Shown: positions 1 to 13,401 of the stretch, one piece after another | Numbering within the stretch: the stretch's first letter is position 1 | Layout: each line of letters starts with the position of its first letter | Origin: Bugula neritina | Lineage: Eukaryota; Animalia; Bryozoa | Reading direction: 5' to 3' | Length of the DNA stretch: 64,000 nucleotides | Assembly (NCBI GenBank): GCA_964035545.1 | Contig: OZ037768.1 | Location: 17,157,875-17,221,874 of the forward strand | Notes under the pieces: generated by a model | What the model was told of the DNA's origin: nothing | Databases searched by the model: none | What the model saw: only the letters and a program-made list of their open reading frames with translations | Made by a program: the position numbers and the translations under genes

Positions 1-261
1 ATAATAATAAAATTACCTTTCTATAGCGCTTGCAGTTTTATTATTATTAGCTATGTATATGTGGGAGTTCAAGCTATTCCTTAGTTAGATATGGAAATTT
101 ACTTTTCAGTGCTGGTTGTCCTTAATAATGAAGTTCAGCAATAAATATACACTATCTGTTTGAATATTTTAAAAACTTTGCATTAGCTACGTATGCAGAA
201 AGACCGATGCAAAAGTTATCGTTGTATATCTGTGGATTTTTACTTGTTTTTAATAATGTAG

Positions 262-3200
262 TTGTTCCTTTGGAACTGTTCTTGAAGTTCAATAAGCTGA
301 AGGAGTTGGGGGTTACTACAACAGATATCAGCAAATCTATATCTAACTTCTCTAAACTACTCACATTAAATGAACTACAAGATAAAGTGAAAAGATCCTC
401 ACCGTTGGTAGCTAAAGATAACTTAGACAGCCTTATAGTGTATCTGGTATGTTATTGACAATTTTACCAAGTCAGTTTTGTAAACTGTATACATTTTTCT
501 GTGTCGGTTGAATAAATATGTGTCTGTTGATTCCCTGCATATGTTCCATGTTTGCATATAAATATGATTACTTGGTTTATGGACCTCAGGAAGGAATACC
601 CAAGACCTCAGACCATGAATGGGTTACTAGTGCTATGTCGGTATACGGTCAAGTGAACTATGTTAGTCTGCCTCGTTACCCATCCACCCACGTAATAAAG
701 GGGTTCGCTTTCGTCGAGTTTGACTCAGAAGAAGGTGTTCGTAACTGCCTGAAAGAGATCGGCACTAAAGAGTTTAGTTCTGTGAATCCCTTTCCTAAAG
801 CTGGTTCTAAGGATGTACAGCGTGCTCAGAAGCAGATACTTAAATCAGGTTGGCTGTTCAATTTACTGTCATCTTGACTCAAGTATCGTTAACACTGATC
901 TTTTGTTAGTAAAACAAATCTCAAATTTAAGCAGTACAAATTATGTATTTACCTTTACTTGCTAAATTTAAGTAAACCTATAAAGTGCTGCATTAGGCTT
1001 TTAAATTTAAGATTTTTTCAGGAATATTTTCAGATTTGTTGTTTATACTTTTCTCTTCATGATTTTTACATTTACATTTACATTTGCATATACTCGTATA
1101 ATATGGGATGTATTGTTGTAATTTGAGTGAGGCAAAATAGTTGGCAATATGAACTATGCCTTCATTTGTTCTACTGTGCAATTCATTCAAACTCCATAAC
1201 AGGCACACTTTTTCAAATAATACGGATGTATTCTGAGGATTTTTGATAAGTCGTTTTTCATTCATGCATATATCCATATTTATAGTCTAGATCAAATAAT
1301 GTATTCATATTTTAAACAAATGTTTAATGGTTTATTTATTAACCTTTAGCTCAAAGTGGAGAATCTCTACAAACTAGAAAGCGGAGCAAAGACAGACGAT
1401 CTTCTAATGCTGACGGCACTGACCTGGTTTCAGAGGAGCCAGTCAGCAAGAAGGTCAAGGTTAGCAACGTTGGTGAGTCATCGGTGAAGGAAGATAAGCC
1501 CATCTCCGATCAAGTTGCTAAGGTGTCTAAAAAGCGGAAGCGAAAACTTAGTCAATCAAAGGTAAAACTAGATTTTTAATCCCTTATTCAGGGTTTATCT
1601 TAGAAACAGTTTGCATTTTTTGTTATTTTATTGCTGAAGTGTAATTAAGTGAGCCCCTATTTGTATTTCACAAACATTTTATAAATATCTTTTGGTTCAT
1701 TAAAAATTACTTTTTCAAGTATTTTGCTCATTTGGTATGTGATGTCATTTATTGTCATTGCAATCTTTCATTCCATTACATCATTGTTCGTACTTCTCAC
1801 AACAGTGCTGACTAGCAAGAGTGTGTGCTTATACTTCATATTTGTCTTTAATTAACTCAATGTTATTTCATCAGAGCCAGGAAAATGCTAAAGAGCAGAA
1901 ACTAGATTCCAGCATCAGTCAGAAATCAGATACAGCTGAGATGAAAGAGCCTACAGTGACCAGTAAGCAAGATGTAAAGAAGTCTAAAAAGTCTGCTGCA
2001 GCTGAGGAAACAGTCTCAAACAATAACAAGAAAGCCTCAGCCAGTACCCCAACTTCTCAACTAAGAGCAATTTCTAAGTACAACTCCAACATTGTCACTA
2101 TATATAGCTTATCTAATTGTTCATTACTTTATATAATATAGTTACATTTGTGAAGGCAAGAGGTTTCAAATTATAATTTATTATCTCATGAATTTTTAAT
2201 AGTTTTTTTAATGTCACTTCAGCGGAGTAGCATAATTTTTTATTTTTTCTGCTAACTGTAGTTGAACTATGCAGTTCAAACATGTTCATTTTCGTCAATT
2301 TAACACATTGTGCTCTTTCTATCATGAATTATATTTTCTGTGTCAACATTACAGGCTCGATTGGCTCACATTGCGAAATCAGTATTTAGAGCTTCAAAAA
2401 GCAAATATGGCAGCTTTAAAGCAAAAGTTGAAAGAGCAGAGAGCCAAAGAAGAAGCAGATTCAAAAGAGTCGGCGAATAAACCCATAGATGCGCTTGAAC
2501 TAATTCCAAATGTCATAGTGGAGATAACTTCTGACAAAGAACTTGTCCTGGAACATGTGAAGGTGCGATTTTAGTTTAGTAACCACCTGTATTAATTGAT
2601 GCTCTTTCTATTGGCTGCAACTTTGACTACTGTTGGCTGTTACAGAAGTCGTTGCCCCATGGGATTGGCATATCATATGTTGATGTTAAAGTTGGCAGTT
2701 CGTCCGGGTACATCAGATGCAAGTCGTGTGAGGACGCTGAGCAATTGCTGCTGGAATCATTATGTGGTTCAGATTATAAACTGTCACTTTTGCAAGGTAA
2801 CTATTCACTAATAATGCTATATTACAATATAATAATCCCAAGTCAAGCCAGACTAGTTTAAAAAACTTTTATGTAGGAATTAAATAACGTTCGATTTGTT
2901 TTACCAAGTTTTTTCCCGCATTTCTATAACATTTGATGCTTCATGATTCTGTCTTGTCGATGAATCTCATTTTAGCAAATTGAGTGTAAAACCACATTTT
3001 ATGGCCTCAAAACTGAGCTGTCTGTTGCCATTAAACAATAATGAACTGTTACAATTGACTTGGATCTGTCTTATATTTGTTCTTATTTCTCAGATATTAT
3101 AAAAATTGAACTTCCATAAAACCAAACACTTGCGAGTCTTTTTTGGTAGTTAATTTATTCTATCAATAATTGTATACCCTAACGAATGTTGAAAAAACTT

Positions 3201-3883
3201 ACCTAGGCAATCTAAGGCATGCTCCGGAGAGAGCATGCAGTGATAAGCTTCTGTTGCGGCAATATATAAATAATAATTTTATTGTAAGTTGATTTTCTCT
3301 TTGATATACTTCATGTTCTTGTATTATTTAGGTGAACAGGAGAAAGCTTATTGGGATCGTTTGAATCAGCAAAGAATTGATAGACGAAATGGCAACATGA
3401 AAAAATCCAAACGAAATACTAATAAGAAAGGTTCTCAAAAGGTAGGTTTTTCAGACTATGCCATAGCCTAAAGGTGCTTTAGAAGTTAATGCCGGGCTCT
3501 AATTTTCGAACGGTAACACAACGATATTTTGCAATTGCAAAAATAGTCAACTTATAAATTTATTATTCTTAGATTATCGATTTAAAAACATGGTGCATGT
3601 TATCTATTTTTGTCAGCAAAGTATGCGCTCTGTATTGAAATTTTGCCGTGTGTTTGATTTTTCAGTTAATCACTTTATAAATAGCTTCATTTGGATACTA
3701 CACTGTACTGTTGAATTTGTTTAATCTCGTTCCAATAATTTCAATCTTATATTCTAATATTAAATGGATTGTTCTAGTACGCAGGTGACTTTGATTTTGT
3801 TTTTTATATTTTAGATTTTGGAGCAGCAAGTCCGCCAAAATAAAACCCTCAAAAAGAAAAGCACACACATAGTATTCGATTAA
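262..3883 (+). CDS. LARP7: La-related protein 7 (La motif, RRM1, basic linker, C-terminal xRRM); 5' exon(s) lie left of the window
   Basis: GT-AG, phase-consistent exons 262-446, 590-848, 1350-1561 (absent from ORF track), 1875-2077, 2355-2562, 2646-2796, 3332-3441, 3815-3883. La-motif end VPLELFLKFNKLKEL; RRM with YVSLPRY..IKGFAFVEF; LRAISKLDWLTLRNQYLELQK; xRRM YVDV..GYIRC..L.GEQEKAYW; C-terminus HIVFD*. AATAAA at 3954-3959. Confidence 0.92.
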
Positions 3884-4130
3884 ATAAGTTTTTGTTCAAA
3901 TTGAAGTTATCTCTTTTCTATGATGCCGAGTTAAAGTAATTTTGTAATTTATAAATAAAATTTGCAATTGTTTCTGAAAATAGGCTGTGAGCTGAAAAAC
4001 ACCAATATTTTTGCAAACATCTAGCGTTTTATTATCAACTTTTTGTGAACGTTGCAGTGATTTGAATAGAGAGTATGGGTTAAATTGTGCTGCTAACTGC
4101 AAGTACTTGCACAATGCAAGTAAAAAAATT

Positions 4131-4210
4131 TGGCAGCGGTGGGATTCGAACCCACGCCCTTTCGGACTGGTGCCTAAAACCAGCGCCTTAGACCACTCGG
4201 CCACGCTACC
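4131..4210 (-). tRNA. tRNA-Leu, anticodon TAG
   Basis: Minus strand GGTAGCGTGGCCGAGTGGTCTAAGGCGCTGGTTTTAGGCACCAGTCCGAAAGGGCGTGGGTTCGAATCCCACCGCTGCCA. Intact cloverleaf with long variable arm, A and B boxes, a T7 Pol III terminator just downstream (A run at plus 4122-4128) and a TATA-like tract about 20-35 nt upstream. Confidence 0.97.
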
Positions 4211-6859
4211 TGTTCTTGAGTGGGGCGCTATATGTATTATAAATTCTCTATTCAATGCACTGTAGTTGGTTTCGGTTAGTCATTTTTGCATAATTATTTC
4301 CAACTCCATAGTATCAATATCATACGAAAAACTCCAGCCAACTGCTGTGATCTGTACACGTTGCAAATTCTGTTTCAATTCCTATACATTCATAGCACAT
4401 TGCATATATATGAAAATGGCCATAAATTCAATAAAACAAAACAATTAATAGCTGAGAAACGAGCAGATTTTCGTAAATGCAGAGTTCCTGTAAATGCAGG
4501 GCGGCCACTCTGGATTCTATGCTGTAGTGTGGCAAATTGGAACCTACTGTTCCTCAAATAAAGTACAGTAGGTACAGGCTATTTTGAGGATATGATGTGT
4601 CTTTTCAATTTAGTGATACTGTGAAAACTTCTTAATGAGGGAATAAAATGTTATAGTAATCCAATCAAACGAAAACTGTGACAGGTTTATTTAATTACAG
4701 TAAAACTAATTACCAATGTTCTTCAACTTTTGATGTATTGTTATACTGACAAAAATCTTATAAAATTGTAAAATGAACAATTCTAGAAGCACTTTATAAC
4801 ACTTATCGAGTTGAGTTTAATTTCGTGGAGATACTTAGTTATCTAAGTACTTGTTGCTCTTTCGTAATTGCAGTACTAACATTACTGTCCTGTCCTATCT
4901 TTATTTTTCTATTCACATATATCATAACAATATTCAGATATTATGATCAATATTACTATAATATAAGCTTATAAGTTATAGCAATATATTATTAAAAGTA
5001 TCTGATAAGCATCCCAAATAAGACTCCCCAAAAGGTTTCTCACTAGCACCTCCAACCAACAATATTTCTATAAGTATCTTCAACAACTTCTCCGTGTATA
5101 GTTGACTGGACAACAGAGTTGTGGAAGTGTTCTCCCAGAGCATCAGGAGTCAGTGGTAACTTTTATTAGTCAGTGAAATTCAGTCAGGTATACTGACTCT
5201 ACCACCAACTGAACTACTTTAATTAGTTCGATGCTAAACCTTGGTGATCAGCAAACCTTCTGAATCTATATAATTATTTCATAATTGAACTCCAGGGGAT
5301 TTCCCTTGGTAGATTGAGTCACTGGCAAAACAAACTAGGCAAGCTTTTTACAAATTATTATTGACCACATTATATTATTATGTCTATGGGTGAGAAGTTT
5401 CTATTTCAATACAGCTACTATATCTTCTAATGCAGTTCCAACATTAAGGTTACTGCTTGTTGAAAGGGGGGGGGGGTGAATTCGGAGTTCGACAACGATA
5501 TGCTCTCAGTCACCCCAACATGGGGGTGCTTCCACCGACATTCCCGTTTAATTATTAATCATAGCCTGGGCTTCATTATTATATATACATGCAACTGAGG
5601 CCACCTATGTAAATATCATTGCACTATAAAGTTTAATTGCGTTACATAGTTATTCTCTCAAGCTGTGCAAAGACTAAAATGTGGGTTGATATTACAGTGG
5701 TTTGCTTATTATTAAAACACTAAATTTAGATACAAAATAATATATTTGAAGCTCTAGAGCATAAACATTATGTAAGGATCTGAAAGTTATGCTGTACCTG
5801 GCCATCATGCAACTTTTTACCAGGTTCCATATTAATATGACAAAGTATTTATAGAAGCTTTCTTAGCAAGTACCCTGGCTTTGTTTGTTTATTTTTAGTA
5901 TAAATAAGTATAGAGGGTGTTAGTAAGTAAATGGTAATTCCAGTTTTGCAGCGCTATCACACATTAAGGATGGCACTATTATTATTGTACGTACACTATA
6001 GTTGCTGTAAGCCATGCAGCTTCATATGTAATTTTTTAGTAGCAAATGGAATTTGAAATATGGGTCCTAATTTATTTGGCGATAATCGGAGACAGTTAGA
6101 AAGTCTGTTGGTAACTCGTATTACAAAAAGTAAAGACCTTTTAGTGGCCAAAATTATATTTTATGTAATGAACAACTGTCAACTAGCTGAAAAGTAGTTT
6201 GAAATGCTAATTAGATTTGGGGTTTAATATATTGAAAAGTGAAATCTTGTAAACATTTCTTTTGCACACTGACAACTTTCCAACAGATGTTTAACTTTTT
6301 ATGACAGTTCTGCATGAAAGAAGAGGAAGGTCAAGTTATGTAAAATGTTCCATGTCAAATTATTATGTTTCGTAAATATTACGTATGTTGTTAAAAAGTA
6401 ATGCTTTGGCTTATTACTGAACAATTATACTGTTTTACTTTGATCTTTGTCACTGAAAGTTGATGAACAATATCAATTACAAATTATAATATATTATAAT
6501 GTAGTAGGCGTACCCATTGAACTCAATAATATCTTTTCCAGCTCAGTGGGCGTACCTTTCATCAAAATAATCCTTGTTCAAACAGCGAGCTGAATTTTGC
6601 CTTTTAGCGATTTGTTTTTATCCTTTTCTAGTATTTCCGACACACTTCGGCTTCTGAGTAGATTTTTCTATAATAATATTATTATGCTGATTGTATGCCA
6701 TTGGCGTTAGAATAAGAATTTGCCAACTCAAAAACTTCATAGGTAAAATCTGCATTGTCAATGCGCGTGTATGTAAGCATGAAATTTTAATCAAGCAATT
6801 TCCAGTTTTTGGCTTTTACTATCACCATGGTTTTTTTTGTGAAGTCTATTTAAATTTTT

Positions 6860-8120
6860 AATCAAATTCAATGACCAAGTTCACCATCATCATCATCATG
6901 ATGATGATCATGTTGACATACGGTGTTATCATTAATTATTTTGATTGATACAAATATTAATATCAGGAATAATTATTTGAGTTTAGCATTGTGATTATGG
7001 TTATCATCATCATCATGACCATGATTTTAAAATCGCTTTTTATGTTACTCATTTAGATTTACCTACTTTTAGTTTTAGTTTTAGTTTTAGTATAATTATT
7101 TGTCATAAACCTTTGAAGTTTGAATACCTTTGAATACCTTTGAATTTGACTTTTCAGCCTGGAGGCTTTGAAGACATTGAACACTTGAAAATACTCATAG
7201 TCGTAAAAGTGACTCATTTGTTTTACAGTGTTGGGTGGTAATTAAGTTGATAATTTTATGTGATCCCTCTGGTGTCTCTAATCTAATAAGTTAATGGATT
7301 TTCTAATGGTTCTTGGTAAGAAACTACCATGATATACTTGTGCATTTGCATAACCCAACTTCAAAGTTATAAATAAAATCAATTTTAAATTTTAAGTCTA
7401 AACACTAACAGTAAAGTAATTGTAAATTTCAAGTCAAACCTAAAGTCAAAGTGACAATAATAGTTTTAATAGATTTGATATTACTATTAGCTTTTATTCT
7501 AATCGATATTATTATTATTAAATAGTTATTATAATTATGTGATGCAAATTGAAATCTGAACGTATTGATATTAGCTATACTTATTACTCTTAGTATTAGT
7601 ATTACTAATACTATTATTATTAGTACTACTAGTAATCTTAGAAATATATTTGCAGTTGACATCTGTTTATACTTATACTAATACTAAGTCTAATATTTAT
7701 GATAGTCTGTCTTATGCTTAACCTTGTTACTATGAATATGAGTGTTAGTATGGGCCATAGCTATTAAATTAACTTTAAATTTAATTACTAATTATTGACT
7801 TTAATATCAAAAGTAATTGTTGTATTAAATTTAATATTTAATTTTATATTAAGTTTTAGTTTGTTATTTTATTTTTTTTTAACTTTTTATTCATTAGATT
7901 TAATCTAGTGATCGGTTTTGCATATACACCAATTTAAAAGTTATATTTAATTTTATTGTAAGACTAACCTATAGGCTATAAGTATAAATTAGTTGATAGT
8001 TGTTAGTTAGAAATATTCCTATATACTTATAGACTTTAGCCTAAAGTTTGGGCTATAGGTATGATAAATTCAATGGATTGTGTACTCATTATCATTTGAT
8101 ATGATTATAGTAATCTAGAA
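6860..8120. repeat. Low-complexity mosaic of 3- and 6-bp periodic motifs (block A)
   Basis: (CAT)n(GAT)n, (TTTTAG)n, AAGTCA, TAGTAT/TACTAT runs; boundaries approximate. Confidence 0.65.
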
Positions 8121-9041
8121 GATTTTCATCAACTATAAATGTTGCTGATTGTGATTATTTAAATTAGGTGAACCGAAAGATCAAGTAACCTCAAGTGCTT
8201 ATTTAATATTTGATTGTTTAATAATATTTACTCTAACTCAAAACAGATGTCAGTCTGTGCTAAGACTAAAAGTAAGTTCTACTTGTAGACTAGGACCATC
8301 ACAAAATGAAGACGAGAATAAAGATTTTGAGATCTAGTTTTGAGATATTATCGAATTTAGTAAGAAACACCTCTTTTTCCTATATTTCTCGATTTGGAGC
8401 ATTTCAACACAACACTCTTATCCCTTCAAACCGCTGTGTAAGTTGAATTTGACATTACATGACAGACGTATCAGTAGCAGCAATAGCAATAGTTGCCATT
8501 CTTAATACCAAACTTGGGTCTAGGTCAGGTGGGCTCCAGCATTTGAAGTTCTTCACTTATGCAACTAATTGACCTAACTTCAAAATTTTGACAAACTTAC
8601 CTCAATTTCTTGAAAGTTGAACAACTAAAATTTTGAAGTTACTCAATTTGGTTTTTGGTGTTAGTCGAAAGCATTTAGATTTATGGAATCCAATGGTGTG
8701 TTCGCTTAAAGTCTATAATAAAGGTTGAGACTGAAATCACTTTATTTCGGATTCTATTAAAGATTATCACGGTCGGCTACAGGTACCATCCTTATCCCTG
8801 AACATTCACATCTTTAGATACACAGCAATAACAATCTTAGTAATAAGCAATAGATTTTTCCAGAAAGTACTAAATCATAGCAGAGCTTTAACTCCTTTCT
8901 AACTTTAGTAAAAGTATTGCTTGTTCCAGCCCACTACCATTCCAGAGTAGTTTCTTCAAACATCCTACGGTCGTATAGTTAGAGTTTATGAGAGTTATTT
9001 ACTCATCCTTTCATACTGTATATTGGATGTGATTATTTCAG

Positions 9042-11057
9042 TTCGCATCTGATTCTCTAGCAAGAACCTCTGCAGAAAAAATAAAGTTTTCTGGAGAGAT
9101 ACCAATTGGTAAGCAAATAATGTAAGATGACTTTATGCATAGTCTTGTATAGTTCTCTAAAATGTTTATTGTATATTTTTCAGTTGTAGGTCTAGAGTTT
9201 CCTGTCTTGAAATTCCTGTTTGCAATATTTGATAACTAGTTTCATAGTCGCTGTTATTATTTATTCTTGACTCTCTTTCTTTATATATTTTTGTAGATGA
9301 ACTCGAATTCAGGTACAGCAAAAGCAGTGGTCCTGGGGGGCAGCACGTGAATAAAGGTAATCATCAGCGTTGGTATTTAATACTTTGTGCTTTTGATTCA
9401 ATCTGTACAGGAAGGTTTTCTGCTAGAAACTGGCATTAAACCTTGTTTGAAAATTTATGTATCGGATTTTTTAAAATTAGCTTATTGTAAGGTTATTTCT
9501 GTAAGGAAGTATCTGGAACTAAACATATTTACTAATGTATGTCTTATAGCACTTATTAGGTTTGTGGTCAAATAATTTCGTTCAATTAGCAATTTCATAT
9601 ATTGCTTACCAACAGTTTGAACTTTAAAGTAAAAGGCTATTTAAATTGTTTTTTATCTTGTCGCAATAAAATGAATTAATAGGAAAATTTTTGATGGTTT
9701 TTGTGCTACTGATTTTGACCGTTTTATATAGTATAATGGCATATTTCATGTAAAAGTAATATTTGATCTTACATCATACTTGCATGGCGCTTTTGCCCTT
9801 AATTCACCCCTTTCCTGTACAGTTGAATTTATTTTATTTTTGTATAGATCTTTGTGCTATAGTAAACCGATTCTGTTGACCTCAAAAATGTTTACTAAGT
9901 TTTAAAATTGTGGTAAAATAGTTTTGCTAGAAATGTTCAGACAAATATGTTCTTGGGACAAGAATGCGTTAACTTCACTTCATTTTTTTCAAGCTTCACT
10001 TAATTTTGCAAAGCCATGCCTTTTTGAGCAATCTTCTTGAAGTAAATACTTTTCTTATTGCTTTTAGTCGCTACGAAAGTAGAATTGAGGTTTAATCTAC
10101 AGAATGCAAAATGGATTCCAGACTGGATCAAACCTCGGCTAGCTGAAAGGGTAATTAATTTCATCAGATACATCAATTACCATTCTATCATATTGCATAT
10201 TTGGTGTGCTTACTTGAATACTGTTGAGTATTTGTATTGAATCATGTTTTTTATTTTCTAATGTTATACTAATTGAGATATATGCACATTCACAGTTTAT
10301 ATTTGCAGGATATGATTGAGTAGTCTATCAGAACTTCCTAATAAGAAATGAACCCTTACTGTTGGTTACAGTTGTTTATTTATATCTCACCATGCTATAA
10401 CACCATAGCATAATATTCAGTTTTGACCTGGAAGTCTAGTTTGGTCAATTGTTTTTAATTTGCTTTCATCTTCAATGCAATGATAGCAGTTTTTTGCTAC
10501 CTGGACATGTAAAACTTGGCACCTTCTTTTATTAATCATAATTGTGGTTGTATGATTGTATTGGGCTGAGTTTTGGGAGGACAATTTTTCACATTGAAGC
10601 AATGCTCTAAATATTATGTATTTTTTATAGGAAAGCAACAGAATAACTAAACATGGTGAAATGATATTGACGTCAGATAAGACTAGAAAGCAAATAGTGA
10701 ATCAGGCTGATTGTCTTAATAGACTTAGAACCTTAATATTTGATGCTTCTAAACTACCTAAAGAGGCTTCACCAGAAGAAATAGCACTCGCAGCCAAAAG
10801 GTTAGCAATGTTAATTCAGGCTACTTTTTCTCGGCTTTTACAATTTTCATTTCAATATCAACAAAGAATAACTAGTGATAAATTTTTTTATATACATAAA
10901 AGTCATTTTTCTACATGAAGGTTGTTTCTATATTCTGTAGCAGTTTAAAATTGTAAATTACAGGAAGAAGGCGAATGCAGCGTTCATACTCAAAGAGAAA
11001 CGTCACCAGTCATTGAAGAAGTCTTCCCGGGGATCCCAAGGTTTTGAATCTTTATGA
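9042..11057 (+). CDS. ICT1: Mitochondrial peptidyl-tRNA hydrolase / mitoribosomal protein mL62; N-terminal exon(s) not resolved
   Basis: Exons 9042-9108 (acceptor uncertain), 9297-9356, 10068-10150, 10631-10800, 10964-11057. Translation [82 protein letters not shown]. GGQ motif and basic C-terminal tail match the ICT1/ArfB type. Confidence 0.92.
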
Positions 11058-11546
11058 CATGCAATCATTTAAGGCACAGTACACAGAGTCAACCTCTATC
11101 TTGCCACTCTCAGTAAAACTAATTAATAGTATGTAATGCTGTGGTCTAGTAGTATGGGATGCAGTCGTGTAAGGCATTCAGAGTGATGGGATCAAAGTTT
11201 TGGTTGGCTTATTATTTTGTGGCAGCAGTTTTTCATTCACTCACTTTTGTAGTCAAACTGAAGCACAGTTTTAATCTATTATACATTTTGATTAGATTTC
11301 ATGACAGCCTAAATGTACAATATGCTTTGCTGAATATTTTGTTGAAATATTTAATAGGAATGCTTCTAATACCCTCCGGTTATACTTTAATTGGTGAAAT
11401 CAATATAATAAATATATTAAAAGGCTTTAAATGTTCATTTGATTTTATTGACTTAGGCTCTTGTTGTATAATATAAAATATATACATAAAAAACATTTAA
11501 TTTATGTTCATGTTGTCACTCTAATTTCAAAGTTCGTGTCAAACAA

Positions 11547-13401
11547 TCAAGTAAGTGAGGTGGCCGACGAACTGTTATTGTCCATTGGTGAAGCACTTTT
11601 CATATTTTCATCTGTTTCTGGTATAGCGTCATATTGACTATTGCCAAAGTGTTGTCTCTCTTTAATCCAGCACATTATTCTGGTGTCCTCCTCAGATGGG
11701 GCACTCAGAGTAGAGTTTATAGTGGCTGTGTTAAACATCTCCAAGTTTTTACTGGTCAATGACAAAGAGTTAGTTGTTGGGATAGGTGCTGGCTGCATAT
11801 TAGATGGTAGTGATAGTTGTGGAGCTGATTGCCGCAGTCTGGTTAAAGGTTTTTTATTTCGTTCATCAATAAACGAAACTTGTTTGGTTAAGTGAGCTCT
11901 TGGTTTAGGTGTGTGGTATGTTGGTGCGAAATTTTTACCAGTTGTGATAAAGGAAAGATTACTTGAAGATTTGTCATGTGCAGCTGTAGTCCTTAAGCCT
12001 TTTTCTTTCTGATTTGCGTAACTAGGGAAGTAGAATTTAGCCGCTTTGGAAAATTCTTTAGCTCGTTTCTTCTTATCCAAATCTTTACTGGCTAGATGGA
12101 CTGGTGGAGATTCTGTAATGGAATTAACTTTACAAAAACATGTCACTGGGCATGTCTAATGTACCAGAAACTATTATTGATGAATTAGCAACTAATATAT
12201 ATAAAAAAGTTATATATTTAATTTGCTTGTTATGAGTTTTGTTTTGCTCCTTTATAGACTTTCCATTCTGAATATTAAAAATATAGATGGCAGCAAATTA
12301 TTGAAAAAAATTGTTAAACCTAATTGCATGTTTAACTTGGCAGAATAAAGGTGTAGATTGATATTTTTCTCCAAGTGTTCAGGTTAAATACAGCATTTAT
12401 GGAAAAGTCTAGTAACCCTAGTTACATGTAGGCTATAATTTGATAGAATAAAGGTATATATTAATATTTTTCTCCAAATGTACAAGTTGTCATCATAACC
12501 ATTGGTCACTGCAGCTTAGCATAATACATAATATTTAAATGTTGGCCATTATAGCACAACAATATTTTCATATTAGAACTATGTCAAGCAGGATTTCAGG
12601 GACTTAAGCTAAGACAAGCCCAACACTTTGCGATATCACACTTTATAACTCCTAATGATCTTCACCACTACATCATATTGGAAAAATAATTACACGTACA
12701 ATTAAGCTCATTCAAAAGTTTAACTAAATTAGTTTATGTAGACAACAATTTATTGGATCACCTGTGTTCAAAGAGGTAGGTAATTCAGGCTGCTCTACTG
12801 TTAGTAATTGCCTCATCTTAGATGCAATCGGAAACTGTATTAGGTTTCCTGAAGTGTTGCTATCTATTGACTTGTTAGTAGCGGCTTGTTTCATAATTGA
12901 ATTACTTTTCCTCGGGTTAAAAACTTTCCTGCCATGAAAATCCGAACTACTTCCACTAAAAGATCTTACAGCTTTCCGTTTCTGTGGATTGGGTAGTATC
13001 AAAGCATCGAGCTTAGCTTGTAGTAGTGTGTATGTGTTATTTTCATTTCCTGTTGTGCCTGGTCGTCTTATACTGTCTACTTTAGCTGTCACTTTCCTAC
13101 TGTGTGTATTTGAAGTGTCTATATTCGGCAAGGTTGTACTGTTCGATACAAAGTCAACTTTCCCTTCAGCCTCGAAATCTTCAACCTCTGCTACTGACTT
13201 TAAAGGGTCAAAACTTCTTAGTCCAAACATAGTTTGTTCACTATTCAAAGAAAATGTCAAATTTATTTCTTCTATAATGATTTGTTTGAGATCTCTGAGT
13301 GGAAGTCGATGTTGATTATTCCTTTGACTTGCCCCTGACCAGTCGAGCACTGCACGCTGCTGTTTCTTTTTCAATCTCTGATATGCCTTGGCTTTATTCA
13401 T
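11547..13401 (-). CDS. Uncharacterised ~412-aa basic, Ser/Thr-rich, probably disordered protein
   Basis: Two long ORFs joined in phase 1: 13401-12762 (ATG just after a ctgcag acceptor; donor acag|gtgatc) and 12145-11547 (cccag| acceptor). A probable non-coding exon at ~14129-14193 has stops in all frames; another donor lies near 14773. Minus-strand AATAAA near 11443. No family recognised. Confidence 0.65.

Noticed and set aside
3896-4265. ORFs overlapping the tRNA
   Set aside because: By-products of the GC-rich tRNA-Leu sequence.
5000-5340. Possible decayed coding or viral-capsid-like fragment on the minus strand (PVTQ..NPLEF..YID)
   Set aside because: Multiple stops and frameshifts; resemblance too weak without a translated search.
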